This document shows positions 55,288 through 64,000 of a stretch of 64,000 nucleotides of DNA, one piece after another; within the stretch, counting starts at the first letter, position 1; every line of letters starts with the position of its first letter. Below the pieces are notes generated by a model. It was not told the DNA's origin. It did no database searches and saw nothing but the letters and a program-made list of their open reading frames with translations. The stretch lies in sequence record ON190024.1; one strand, written 5' to 3'. Both the position numbers and the translations under genes were made by a program.

Positions 55288-55683
55288 ATGCAAGGAAGGT
55301 TATTAACAATGATGTCACCGAGAGTACTCGTTTGCGGCGGTCGCAAATTTAATGATCGAAAACTTGTTTATGCTGCGCTCGACAAGCTATACAATAGCAA
55401 TTATATCGGTCGAATGACTATTATCGAGGGCGGCGCATTAGGCGCGGATCGACTTGCGCAAGATTGGGCGAATCAAGCGCATATCGACGTTGACTTAATA
55501 ACATGCGAAGCTGAATGGGAAAAGTATGGCGATTCTGCGGGTTATCGACGCAACAAAGACATGGCTGATCTCAAACCAGACATTTGTTTGGCATTTAAAG
55601 GTGGTCGTGGCACTCAGAACATGATAGACATCTGTCGAGAACGTTCAATCAAAGTGCATACAATCAATTGGAAATATAGATGA
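55288..55683 (+). CDS. SLOG-family (YspA/DUF2493-like) protein
   Basis: VLVCGGR.F.D, IIEGGA.GAD, AG..RN, AF.GG.GT..M. Confidence 0.75.
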   Translation: MQGRLLTMMSPRVLVCGGRKFNDRKLVYAALDKLYNSNYIGRMTIIEGGALGADRLAQDWANQAHIDVDLITCEAEWEKYGDSAGYRRNKDMADLKPDICLAFKGGRGTQNMIDICRERSIKVHTINWKYR

Positions 55684-55694
55684 GGAAAAGATAA

Positions 55695-56960
55695 GTGGGT
55701 TTAACTAATTGCCAACAAGGCGCTATGGATGCATTTCTTGAATCAGACGGTCACATGACTATCTCTGGTCCCGCTGGCTCTGGTAAGACATTCTTGATGA
55801 AATCAATTCTCGAAGCTCTTGAGTCGAAAGGGAAGAATGTCACAATGGTGACACCAACTCACCAAGCAAAGAACGTACTGCATAAAGCAACTGGTCAAGA
55901 AGTCTCGACTATTCACAGTTTGCTGAAGATTCACCCAGACACATACGAAGATCAAAAGCACTTCACACAATCAGGCGAGGTTGAAGGTCTAGACGAAATC
56001 GACGTGCTTGTTGTCGAAGAAGCAAGTATGGTTGATGAAGAGCTATTTCAAATCACTGGTAGAACAATGCCGCGCAAGTGTCGCATTCTAGCAGTCGGTG
56101 ACAAATATCAGCTTCAGCCAGTTAAGCACGAGCCTGGTGTTATCTCACCATTCTTCACTAAGTTCAGCACGTTTGAAATGAACGAAGTCGTGCGTCAAGC
56201 GAAAGACAATCCGTTGATTCAAGTCGCAACTGAAGTACGAAACGGTCAATGGCTACGCACTAACTGGTCGAAAGAACGTCGTCAAGGTGTGCTGCACGTG
56301 CCTAACGTGAACAAAATGCTAGACACATACTTGAGCAAAGTGAACAGCCCTGAAGATCTGCTTGACTATCGCATTCTCGCGTACACAAACGATTGTGTTG
56401 ATACGTTCAACGGCATCATTCGTGAACACGTGTACAACACGTCAGAGCCATTCATTCCCGGTGAATATCTCGTGACTCAAATGCCAGTAATGGTTTCAAA
56501 CGGCAAATACCCTGTTTGTGTCATTGAAAATGGTGAAGTTGTTAAGATTCTAGACGTTCGCCAGAAGACTATCGACGGAATGCTACCAAAAGTAGACAAT
56601 GAAGCGTTTGATGTTGCTGTGCTGACTGTTGAGAAAGAAGATGGCAACGTATATGAGTTCACAGTACTGTGGGATGACCTACAGAAAGAGCGTTTTGCTC
56701 GTTACTTGTCTGTTGCTGCTGGTACTTACAAGTCAATGCGTGGTAATACAAAGCGTTACTGGCGTGCTTTCTGGGGTTTGAAAGAGCAAATGATTGAAAC
56801 TAAGTCGCTTGGTGCATCAACTGTTCACAAATCGCAGGGTACAACTGTCAAAGGTGTGTGCTTGTACACTCAAGACATGGGATACGCTGAGCCAGAGATT
56901 CTACAGCAATTGGTCTACGTTGGGTTGACTCGACCTACTGATTGGGCATTATACAATTAA
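55695..56960 (+). CDS. dda: SF1B DNA helicase Dda
   Basis: GPAGSGKT, TPTHQAK, EEASM, GDKYQL, STVHKSQG, YVGLTR. Confidence 0.93.
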   Translation: MGLTNCQQGAMDAFLESDGHMTISGPAGSGKTFLMKSILEALESKGKNVTMVTPTHQAKNVLHKATGQEVSTIHSLLKIHPDTYEDQKHFTQSGEVEGLDEIDVLVVEEASMVDEELFQITGRTMPRKCRILAVGDKYQLQPVKHEPGVISPFFTKFSTFEMNEVVRQAKDNPLIQVATEVRNGQWLRTNWSKERRQGVLHVPNVNKMLDTYLSKVNSPEDLLDYRILAYTNDCVDTFNGIIREHVYNTSEPFIPGEYLVTQMPVMVSNGKYPVCVIENGEVVKILDVRQKTIDGMLPKVDNEAFDVAVLTVEKEDGNVYEFTVLWDDLQKERFARYLSVAAGTYKSMRGNTKRYWRAFWGLKEQMIETKSLGASTVHKSQGTTVKGVCLYTQDMGYAEPEILQQLVYVGLTRPTDWALYN

Positions 56961-57039
56961 TTTCAAAAAGTAGTTGACAGAGCGGTGTGAGTGGCTGTAA
57001 TATGTCACTCAACGCCTAACAAAACAAGAGAACAAAATC

Positions 57040-57369
57040 ATGAAATTTAAACTACCAACGTTTACACGACCTAACTGGCTCGACAACACAATCATTCTTG
57101 CTGAAGAAGCAAAATCACATCCGCGCATCACTGCTGCTGTTCTTGTTGCTGTATTAGCAATGGGTTATGTGACTTACACTCGTGTACCTGCAATTGCATC
57201 ATGTACGTGGACTGCTGTTATCGACCAATCAGTGCCATGGGACTTGTGGCGCCATAACATGTGGAACAACAACTGTCAGTACTACAATGGCACACGTTGG
57301 ATTGCGCTAGAAAAAGTCATGGACGTTGGTGCAGGTCACACTGAAGAGCTTGAGGATCTAGCACAATGA
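57040..57369 (+). CDS. Membrane-anchored hypothetical protein
   Basis: One TM, two Cys; behind early promoter. Confidence 0.65.
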   Translation: MKFKLPTFTRPNWLDNTIILAEEAKSHPRITAAVLVAVLAMGYVTYTRVPAIASCTWTAVIDQSVPWDLWRHNMWNNNCQYYNGTRWIALEKVMDVGAGHTEELEDLAQ

Positions 57370-57545
57370 TCTTAGCAACGGCTGAAGAAGTGCAAGAATA
57401 CTTAGACAAAGCGCGTGCATGGTTATGCACGCGGTCTGGTAGAATGTTCAATGATTGTAAGTCTGTTGCTCGTACTGCATACGCTGAAGCACTAGCAAAT
57501 GTAGACGGTAAAACTATCTACAATCTGAGACAAACAGAAAATTAA
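57366..57545 (+). CDS. Small hypothetical protein (59 aa, not in ORF track)
   Basis: ATGA overlap, GAGG SD. Confidence 0.55.
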   Translation: MILATAEEVQEYLDKARAWLCTRSGRMFNDCKSVARTAYAEALANVDGKTIYNLRQTEN

Positions 57546-57612
57546 CAACATATTCATATTATATTAATGAATATTATATAACATTTCGATAAATACAAGT
57601 GAGTGAAATATA

Positions 57613-58374
57613 ATGAGTATTGCAACTACATCCGGTCATCGCTTTGGTATGCTTGTTGAATCAATTGCAACGGGCTTACGTGGTACTGTAATTGGTATCA
57701 CACAATGTATCGCGGGGTGCGAACTGCTTGAAGTTCAGTCAAAAGACAACAAAGGCATCGCCCGAACACACGTTTTTAGCTCAAAACTGGTTGAAATTAT
57801 CAATTCTGACCGTGTAGATGAGTACGAAGCTATCTTTGCCGAGACTAATACGACTATGCCGATTCGTCTTGGTGATGAAGTAGAAGACACAGTTTCAGAA
57901 GCGAAAGGGATCGTAACTGAAATTCAATACTCAGTGAATGCAGCACCGAATGTGCTTTTGATCAAGCCATACTCAGAGCATGAGACGAATATTTATGCAT
58001 CTGCGCGAGTCATTAGCTGTAAGAAAACGGGTCACTCGATTCACGATAAGATCATCAACAATCGTTTAAAACGTGAGCGTGATGAGCTTAAAGTGGAACT
58101 GCTGCAAAAAGCTCGATGCATGGCAACTGGCGCGACTGGCTTAGTCACTGCCATTTTCAATCAAGCTAGTGGAACAATCTCAGTTGGCATTCAGCCCGTG
58201 AGTAAAGAGGGACGACTACTCGATACTCATTATACTGACATTGAATTAGTCGAAATCATCACTGAAGAAGCAAAGCAAATCGTTCAACCGAAAGAGACAA
58301 AGCTGAAGAAAAGTGGCTCACTGCGCTCTCATGAACTGTCTTCGCTGAAACGCAGTGGTATGCATACAGTGTAA
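57613..58374 (+). CDS. Protein with three internal SH3/KOW-like repeats
   Basis: Three copies of G..V....TG..G.V..I; GATAAATA upstream. Confidence 0.65.
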   Translation: MSIATTSGHRFGMLVESIATGLRGTVIGITQCIAGCELLEVQSKDNKGIARTHVFSSKLVEIINSDRVDEYEAIFAETNTTMPIRLGDEVEDTVSEAKGIVTEIQYSVNAAPNVLLIKPYSEHETNIYASARVISCKKTGHSIHDKIINNRLKRERDELKVELLQKARCMATGATGLVTAIFNQASGTISVGIQPVSKEGRLLDTHYTDIELVEIITEEAKQIVQPKETKLKKSGSLRSHELSSLKRSGMHTV

Positions 58375-58437
58375 GAAAACAAACTCGCGTTACATATGTT
58401 GCACGTGTGCAGGTAATTTAGCACAAGGAAGCACATT

Positions 58438-58905
58438 ATGAAAATCGCATTGTTATTATTGACTGTGGCTTTACTGCCACAAATAGCGAACGCTCACGTT
58501 CATGACGATTGGATGACAGTTCACCGCGTGGATGTTCGCACTCATGAGCTAATACATACAGCAAGTACGACCTCAACCAATCATCTTGCTGTTCTCACCA
58601 TTGACTGTGATAAGTCAGTCACGTTATATGAAGCAAGAGACTATTTGATTGCCTCGAATCCGGATGACGTTTGGTATTCTATCGACGGAAATCCATATGT
58701 GCGAATCAAAAACGATCAGCTTAAACATCAAGCGTCTGTGACTACCTTTGTCGGTAGTATCAAGGCGATTGAGACACTTAAAACAGGAAATGAACTCGAA
58801 TATGTTGTTAACAACAACGTTCGAGGAGTGAAATATTCGTATCACTTCAGTCTGAACGGGATGAATGATGCATACGAAGCATTAGGTGAATTATGTAAGT
58901 GGTAA
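58438..58905 (+). CDS. Secreted/periplasmic protein
   Basis: Signal peptide MKIALLLLTVALLPQIANA. Confidence 0.65.
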   Translation: MKIALLLLTVALLPQIANAHVHDDWMTVHRVDVRTHELIHTASTTSTNHLAVLTIDCDKSVTLYEARDYLIASNPDDVWYSIDGNPYVRIKNDQLKHQASVTTFVGSIKAIETLKTGNELEYVVNNNVRGVKYSYHFSLNGMNDAYEALGELCKW

Positions 58906-58909
58906 CACT

Positions 58910-59428
58910 ATGAAAATTATATTCTTGGATATTGACGGCGTTCTAAACAATGCTTTAGAAGCCGATGAGCACAAGGACGTGCTACTTAATGGTGAGTATC
59001 AAGGGATTTATTCTCCTCGATGCGTAGACCGCTTAAACGATCTCGTTGAAATGACTGACGCACGCATTGTCCTTACCAGTGTGTGGCGTTGTGGTCTGTC
59101 AATTGATGAGATCAACACAGTGCTTCGAGCCATGGGAGTCAACGCTGAATGCATTGGTAAAACAGATATACTCGATCACAAATACTCATGGGCGTTTCGT
59201 GGCAATGAGATTCTTAAATGGATTCATGACAACGAAGAGCTTATTGGTAAACGTAGATACGAGTATCGAAGCTATGTCATCTTAGATGATGACACTGATA
59301 TGCTGTTATGGCAACGTCATAACTATGTAAACTGCGACCCTGAGATTGGCATGACTGATCGCGTGGTCGCAAAAGCTGCTGCAATACTGAATAACGCACC
59401 TTGTACCGATACTGGTCAAGAGTTTTAA
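58910..59428 (+). CDS. HAD phosphatase (Swiss-army-knife RNA repair type)
   Basis: IFLDIDGVLN, VLTSVWR, RGNEI, YVILDDD. Confidence 0.8.
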   Translation: MKIIFLDIDGVLNNALEADEHKDVLLNGEYQGIYSPRCVDRLNDLVEMTDARIVLTSVWRCGLSIDEINTVLRAMGVNAECIGKTDILDHKYSWAFRGNEILKWIHDNEELIGKRRYEYRSYVILDDDTDMLLWQRHNYVNCDPEIGMTDRVVAKAAAILNNAPCTDTGQEF

Positions 59429-59502
59429 AAAGTAGTTGACACGCACAATAAAAGATGTAATAATCTAATCTCAATCAACAATGACAAAATGGGGAGCCCA
59501 AC

Positions 59503-60528
59503 ATGTCACACGCAATCTTTATCGGACGTTTTCGTCCATTCCACAACGGTCATCTATCTGCAATCACTCAAGCATTCGACGCGCTTGATTTAGATAAGAT
59601 GACTATCCTAATCGGTAGCTCTAACCGACATCGTTCAGTTAAAAACCCATTCGTGTTCGAAGAAGTACGCGATATGATGGGTGTTGCATTGCCTGATCAC
59701 ATTCGAAGCAAAGTTCGCTTTGTACCGCTTGGTGATTACGCGAAAGACGACGTTTGGCAGTCAAATGTTCGTTCTCGTGCAAGAGGCGCAACTCACATCG
59801 TTGGTTACGACAAAGACGAAAGCAGCTACTACCTCAAGTTATTCCCTGAGCTAAAGCTATTTCAACCTGAACCAGTGAAGATGTATAACAAAGTTATCTC
59901 TGCAACTGACTTCAGAGAACTGTACTTCAGTGAGATTCTACTGAATCACCCTGTAATGTCTGGTCTTATCCCTAAAGAAACGATGATGTTTCTTGATAAC
60001 TGGAGCAAAACAGAGTTTTTCACTGAAATGAAAGCTGAATACGATAGCTCAGTGCGCGAAATCGAGAAGTTTAAAGACTATCCTTACCAAGGTCACTTGA
60101 ATATCGCGTGTGCTGATAACGTTGTTACGTGTGCAGGTCATGTCCTTCTCGTTGAGCGTAAGTTCAACCCAGGCAAAGGCTGTTTAGCATTACCGGGCGG
60201 GCATAAGCATGAGAAAGAAACATTCTTAGATGCTGCGATTCGTGAACTGCAAGAAGAAACTAATATCAAAGTACCTGAAAAGGTACTGCGTGGCTCGCTT
60301 GTGGGTGAAAAGATGTTCGATAATCCAAATCGCTCTTACCCTCACACTCGCATCACAATGGCATATCACTTGAAAGTGCATCCAAACCCAGACAACACTT
60401 TCCCGAAAGTGAAACCTGCTGATGATGCTGTATCAGCGAAATGGTATCCACTGAGTGAAGTGCGCGACATGCAAGAACGTTTGTATGACGATCACTACCA
60501 AATCATTCAGTATTTCACTGGCATCTAA
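59503..60528 (+). CDS. natV: Bifunctional NMN adenylyltransferase / Nudix ADP-ribose hydrolase (NadM-Nudix)
   Basis: GRFRPFHNGH, ISATDFR, PGG..E..ETFLDAAIRELQEET, ADDA. Confidence 0.9.
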   Translation: MSHAIFIGRFRPFHNGHLSAITQAFDALDLDKMTILIGSSNRHRSVKNPFVFEEVRDMMGVALPDHIRSKVRFVPLGDYAKDDVWQSNVRSRARGATHIVGYDKDESSYYLKLFPELKLFQPEPVKMYNKVISATDFRELYFSEILLNHPVMSGLIPKETMMFLDNWSKTEFFTEMKAEYDSSVREIEKFKDYPYQGHLNIACADNVVTCAGHVLLVERKFNPGKGCLALPGGHKHEKETFLDAAIRELQEETNIKVPEKVLRGSLVGEKMFDNPNRSYPHTRITMAYHLKVHPNPDNTFPKVKPADDAVSAKWYPLSEVRDMQERLYDDHYQIIQYFTGI

Positions 60529-60562
60529 CTAACGGGGCAGCAATGCCCCTTTGAGGAATATT

Positions 60563-60838
60563 ATGAACATCAATCTGCTTATTCGCAATGAAGTGAAGAA
60601 CAACACGAGTCGTTACGCTACTGCATACGACATCATGGACGATATGCTTGAGAAGTTCCCTCAAGCGCGTGCCTCTGCTGCGAAAAACGATGGAACAATG
60701 AAGAACAGCACACTGCGACGTGAAATCGCTCGTGCTCTTGATAACTCAAGCAACTGGAAAGCAATCGGCAAGACCGAGACTGGTCGTAAACTATACGAAC
60801 GCTTACCTAATGGAAATTCACTGGAGAACTTTGTATGA
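60563..60838 (+). CDS. Hypothetical protein
   Basis: GAGG SD after hairpin. Confidence 0.65.
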   Translation: MNINLLIRNEVKNNTSRYATAYDIMDDMLEKFPQARASAAKNDGTMKNSTLRREIARALDNSSNWKAIGKTETGRKLYERLPNGNSLENFV

Positions 60839-61461
60839 ACGCATATGACTTAGTAAGAAAAATGCAAAAGGTTGTTAACTCTTGCGAGACAATTGAACAA
60901 CTACGTAATGCAAGAAAGTATCTCATGCGCTGTCAAGACTATGCACTAGATGGTGGCAATGACAATTACATCACTACTATCATGGTAGAAGTTGATGACT
61001 TAGATGAACGCATTACCAATAAGATCGTTGAGTTGTCTGATACTCGTGGCATGAACGCTATCGAAACTGGCATTATCAAAGTCGGCATTGATATTCATGG
61101 AGTCATTGACCAATCACCAGAGTTCTTCGCGCTGTTAAGCAAACTACCAGTTGAAGTGCATATCATCACTGGCATTAAAGAAGAACTCGACACTGATGTA
61201 CCAGATGACTTAGAGTACGATCACTGGTTCTCGATCCATCAAGAGTGTGAAGATCGCGGCGTTGAAATCAAATACGACGAGAAAGGGCGCCCATGGGTCG
61301 ATGATGAAATCTGGAACAACATGAAAGCTGAATACTGCCAAGAGAACAACATCAATATCATGATCGATGACTCACCAACGTATGCTAAAACATTCGAAGG
61401 TCTTGATACATTCTACTTGCAACTAACCAATACTGTTCGTGATGAATGGAGACGCAAATGA
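60835..61461 (+). CDS. Protein with C-terminal HAD-like domain
   Basis: VGIDIHGVID, IITG, IMIDDS. Confidence 0.6.
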   Translation: MNAYDLVRKMQKVVNSCETIEQLRNARKYLMRCQDYALDGGNDNYITTIMVEVDDLDERITNKIVELSDTRGMNAIETGIIKVGIDIHGVIDQSPEFFALLSKLPVEVHIITGIKEELDTDVPDDLEYDHWFSIHQECEDRGVEIKYDEKGRPWVDDEIWNNMKAEYCQENNINIMIDDSPTYAKTFEGLDTFYLQLTNTVRDEWRRK

Positions 61462-61643
61462 AAAACTTCGGCATTATAGACCGTGAAGGCAAACATCTAC
61501 TTGAACTCGATGTTGACAATGAACTAAAAGTCATGGCAATCTTCTCTGAAATTGAAGATGCTAACCGTGTGCTGTACAAATTTGGCTTTGATAAGCAAGG
61601 CTTTCGCGTAATCGAACTAAAACCACTTGAGAAGAAAGTATGA
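61458..61643 (+). CDS. Hypothetical protein
   Basis: ATGA overlaps. Confidence 0.6.
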   Translation: MKNFGIIDREGKHLLELDVDNELKVMAIFSEIEDANRVLYKFGFDKQGFRVIELKPLEKKV

Positions 61644-61849
61644 ATGTAGCAAATGTAATGTCACAACACGCATCAATCCAATATGCGCTGATTGAATATC
61701 TCAATGCACAATACGACGGCGAAGGTCATATCGAATATGCTGAATACTTCGAAGACATTCAAGCGTGGGAAGTTCAATACTATGATGGTGAGTTCTTACA
61801 TGAGCTAACCGTTACTGCACAAGCAATTGAGACATGGATGAACAAATGA
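61640..61849 (+). CDS. Small acidic protein, tandem paralog 1
   Basis: M..H..I...L.EYL pattern. Confidence 0.65.
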   Translation: MNVANVMSQHASIQYALIEYLNAQYDGEGHIEYAEYFEDIQAWEVQYYDGEFLHELTVTAQAIETWMNK

Positions 61850-62052
61850 TTGACCAAACAATGTCAGACTACAGTCGCATCATGAATGCAATCGAAGAAT
61901 ATTTGGACTTACGTTCTTATCAATACACTGATGTCATTCAATATGATAAAGAACGTAAAGGCTTTGATGTCGCGATTGTTGAAGAAACTGAAAACGGATC
62001 CGAATACCTAGATGTATTCGTGCCAAACGAAAGGCTAGAAACATTCCTATGA
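61846..62052 (+). CDS. Small acidic protein, tandem paralog 2
   Basis: MSDYSRIMNAIEEYL...YDKE. Confidence 0.65.
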   Translation: MIDQTMSDYSRIMNAIEEYLDLRSYQYTDVIQYDKERKGFDVAIVEETENGSEYLDVFVPNERLETFL

Positions 62053-62282
62053 ATATAAACGATGTAATGTTCTCACACGAGCAAATCATGAAGTCATTGC
62101 ATCGTGTCATAGAAAGTCGCACTGATAATCGCATTGTCGAAATCACTTACGATAAAGACAAAATGTATTTCATTGTGACTCTAAGCTCATCCGATGCCGT
62201 CGCCGATGACGTTTATCAATGGACGATGAAAGTCACCAACGAAACAATAGACAATCAAATGCACATGGAGAAGTTCAGATGA
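62049..62282 (+). CDS. Small acidic protein, tandem paralog 3
   Basis: MFSHEQIMKSL...YDKD. Confidence 0.65.
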   Translation: MNINDVMFSHEQIMKSLHRVIESRTDNRIVEITYDKDKMYFIVTLSSSDAVADDVYQWTMKVTNETIDNQMHMEKFR

Positions 62283-62452
62283 AACTACCAGAATACTTGA
62301 GCCACGTTACTGTAAAAGAAAACGTAATCACTATCGACTCAGCAAGAGATAAAGCACTGGTCGTCGAGTATCTAACATCAATAAAAGCACGCTTCCATAT
62401 TGTCCAAACAACTGTTAGCCGATGCGAAATCCACGTGAAGAGAATAGCATGA
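62279..62452 (+). CDS. Hypothetical protein
   Basis: ATGA overlaps. Confidence 0.55.
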   Translation: MKLPEYLSHVTVKENVITIDSARDKALVVEYLTSIKARFHIVQTTVSRCEIHVKRIA

Positions 62453-62778
62453 AAGAACTACTGAACACACTACACAAAACTGAAATCGCAATCGCTAAAC
62501 AGTTCGGTCTCGACCATCTATGGCACGGACTAGTAGACTGTACTAATAGCGTATTCGCTGCCGATAACGAAGATCTACTAAAAGCACGTGAATTCCAATA
62601 CGCTGATACAGAGAAAGCAATCACAGAAGGCGACTGCTATGGCATTGAAGTATACGGCACAAGCGTATGGCTATCAAAAGATGGTCAATACGTATTGACT
62701 GTAGCTGATGACGGCTGTGGCAATCGAGACTTCTATATCTTTGATGCGTCTAAACACTCAGATTGCGAAATGTACTAA
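62449..62778 (+). CDS. Hypothetical protein
   Basis: ATGA overlap; DDGCGN. Confidence 0.65.
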   Translation: MKELLNTLHKTEIAIAKQFGLDHLWHGLVDCTNSVFAADNEDLLKAREFQYADTEKAITEGDCYGIEVYGTSVWLSKDGQYVLTVADDGCGNRDFYIFDASKHSDCEMY

Positions 62779-62786
62779 AAAGTAAT

Positions 62787-62824
62787 AAAAAGGGTTGACA
62801 GATGTCAGCCCTTTCGCGTATTAT
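62787..62824 (+). promoter_or_regulatory. Terminator hairpin with embedded early promoter
   Basis: GGGTTGAC-AGAT-GTCAGCCC-TTT; TTGACA-18-TATTAT. Confidence 0.7.
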
Positions 62825-62854
62825 ACACATATCAAATCAAGAAAGGAAAACATT

Positions 62855-63046
62855 ATGTTCATCGTAACTATGCTAGGCGCAGTAATGTTCATCATTCTAT
62901 TACTCGTGCTCGTAAACGAAATGCGCCCGTTCATGTCAGAAGAAAACAAAACTATGATGCTGACGTTCGGCGTAGCTATCAGCTTAATCAATCTGTCCTT
63001 TATCGTGAAGTACGCAAGCTTCTTCCAATTACTACTGGAGAAATAA
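62855..63046 (+). CDS. Small two-TM membrane protein
   Basis: AAGGA SD; hydrophobic. Confidence 0.6.
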   Translation: MFIVTMLGAVMFIILLLVLVNEMRPFMSEENKTMMLTFGVAISLINLSFIVKYASFFQLLLEK

Positions 63047-63049
63047 ATC

Positions 63050-63205
63050 ATGACACTAACCGCTATGCTATTGACATTACTATGCTGTGCAATACTCACT
63101 GGCATTAGTATCTTCAGCTTCATCAACAAACCCGGATTCTTTAGCTTACTATTCGCATTAGTATTCGGCACTGTCTCTTATGTTATGCTAATGGCTATCG
63201 TATGA
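63050..63205 (+). CDS. Small two-TM membrane protein (not in ORF track)
   Basis: GGAG SD; hydrophobic; ATGA overlap. Confidence 0.55.
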   Translation: MTLTAMLLTLLCCAILTGISIFSFINKPGFFSLLFALVFGTVSYVMLMAIV

Positions 63206-63537
63206 GCGCAATGCTAATGATGAAAATCGGTGTATCTCTAATGATATTCGGCATCGCGCTACTCGTGCTCGGCAATATCACTATATGGTATCTTAAACGT
63301 AGAGAGAAAACTATGAACCAAACAACTCAATCAATCCGCGCTATCTGTGTTGACAATCAATCAACTCGTATCGACAAACCAGAACCACCTACTGGCTTAA
63401 CAGAAGGCAAAGAGTATGTCGTTCACATGTATAACGTAAACGAACATATCAATAAACCACCTATGATTCGTATCACTAACGATCTAGGTCAACGCGCAAG
63501 CTATGTCGCTTCTCGATTCAATCTAATAGTAGGATAA
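63202..63537 (+). CDS. Membrane-anchored protein (possible internal start at 63313)
   Basis: N-terminal TM; GAGAG SD before MNQTTQ. Confidence 0.55.
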   Translation: MSAMLMMKIGVSLMIFGIALLVLGNITIWYLKRREKTMNQTTQSIRAICVDNQSTRIDKPEPPTGLTEGKEYVVHMYNVNEHINKPPMIRITNDLGQRASYVASRFNLIVG

Positions 63538-63540
63538 CTC

Positions 63541-63708
63541 ATGTTTGTACTATCACTCTTAATGCTTATTCTCGTTGTATATCTGTTTGTAACCGATAAA
63601 ACAAACCGCACAATTCCTTTCATGATACTGCTAATAGCAACTGCGTTTAACTCTATCATACACTATTACCTCATGGATATTCTCTCATTGAGCGTTAGTC
63701 TATCGTAA
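63541..63708 (+). CDS. Small two-TM membrane protein (not in ORF track)
   Basis: AGGA SD; hydrophobic. Confidence 0.5.
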   Translation: MFVLSLLMLILVVYLFVTDKTNRTIPFMILLIATAFNSIIHYYLMDILSLSVSLS

Positions 63709-64000
63709 TAGCTTCTATCAGATAGTACCTAAAAACCGCTTAGAATGCGATTCAGAGCGTGTCAGAGCATGGTACAGATACAATGCTTTTTAATATATCG
63801 CACCATGCCTCGTTAAAATCATCTTGGTAAGGAAACCCGTGTAAAAAGCCAGTTGATCAGATACGGTAAGTTGCTGAAAAAACTTCGGAAATACACGATT
63901 TTAATCAGTTGAAAGACTATGCTGCAACACGTGTGTAATATAGTGAAAAATCGGTGAACCCTCATCGGCTCCTGTGTAGTAAAATGCAGTTGCGGATGGT

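Overview
Segment of a large T4-like (Straboviridae) myophage genome, most consistent with a KVP40/nt-1-type Vibrio phage (inferred from gene content and order, not from a database search). It holds the recombination/replication block (47, 46, 45, 44, 62, regA, a split gene 43, dda), RNA repair (rnlA, pseT, rnlB), a spanin pair, cd, a 7-deazaguanine cluster (QueD-like, FolE, TGT/DpdA-like, QueF, QueC, glutamine amidotransferase; no QueE in the window), gp31, gp49, rIIA/rIIB, NatV, three homing endonuclease genes and many small accessory ORFs. There are two 100-N scaffold gaps (19564-19663, 22003-22102). No tRNA, rRNA or CRISPR array was recognised. The strongest unexplained signals are: (1) a covarying, pseudoknotted RNA leader that sits between a TATAAATA late promoter and the SD of two unrelated inserted ORFs; (2) eight ORFs whose N-termini resemble T4 capsid-targeting sequences and carry enzymatic or membrane cargo (methyltransferase, two HExxH peptidases, a glycine zipper); (3) a duplicated small-ORF/endonuclease-tail unit flanking rIIAB; (4) a split DNA polymerase whose insert holds an HNH gene and a structured RNA; (5) early promoters built into terminator hairpins. 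All family calls are from motif recognition by eye.
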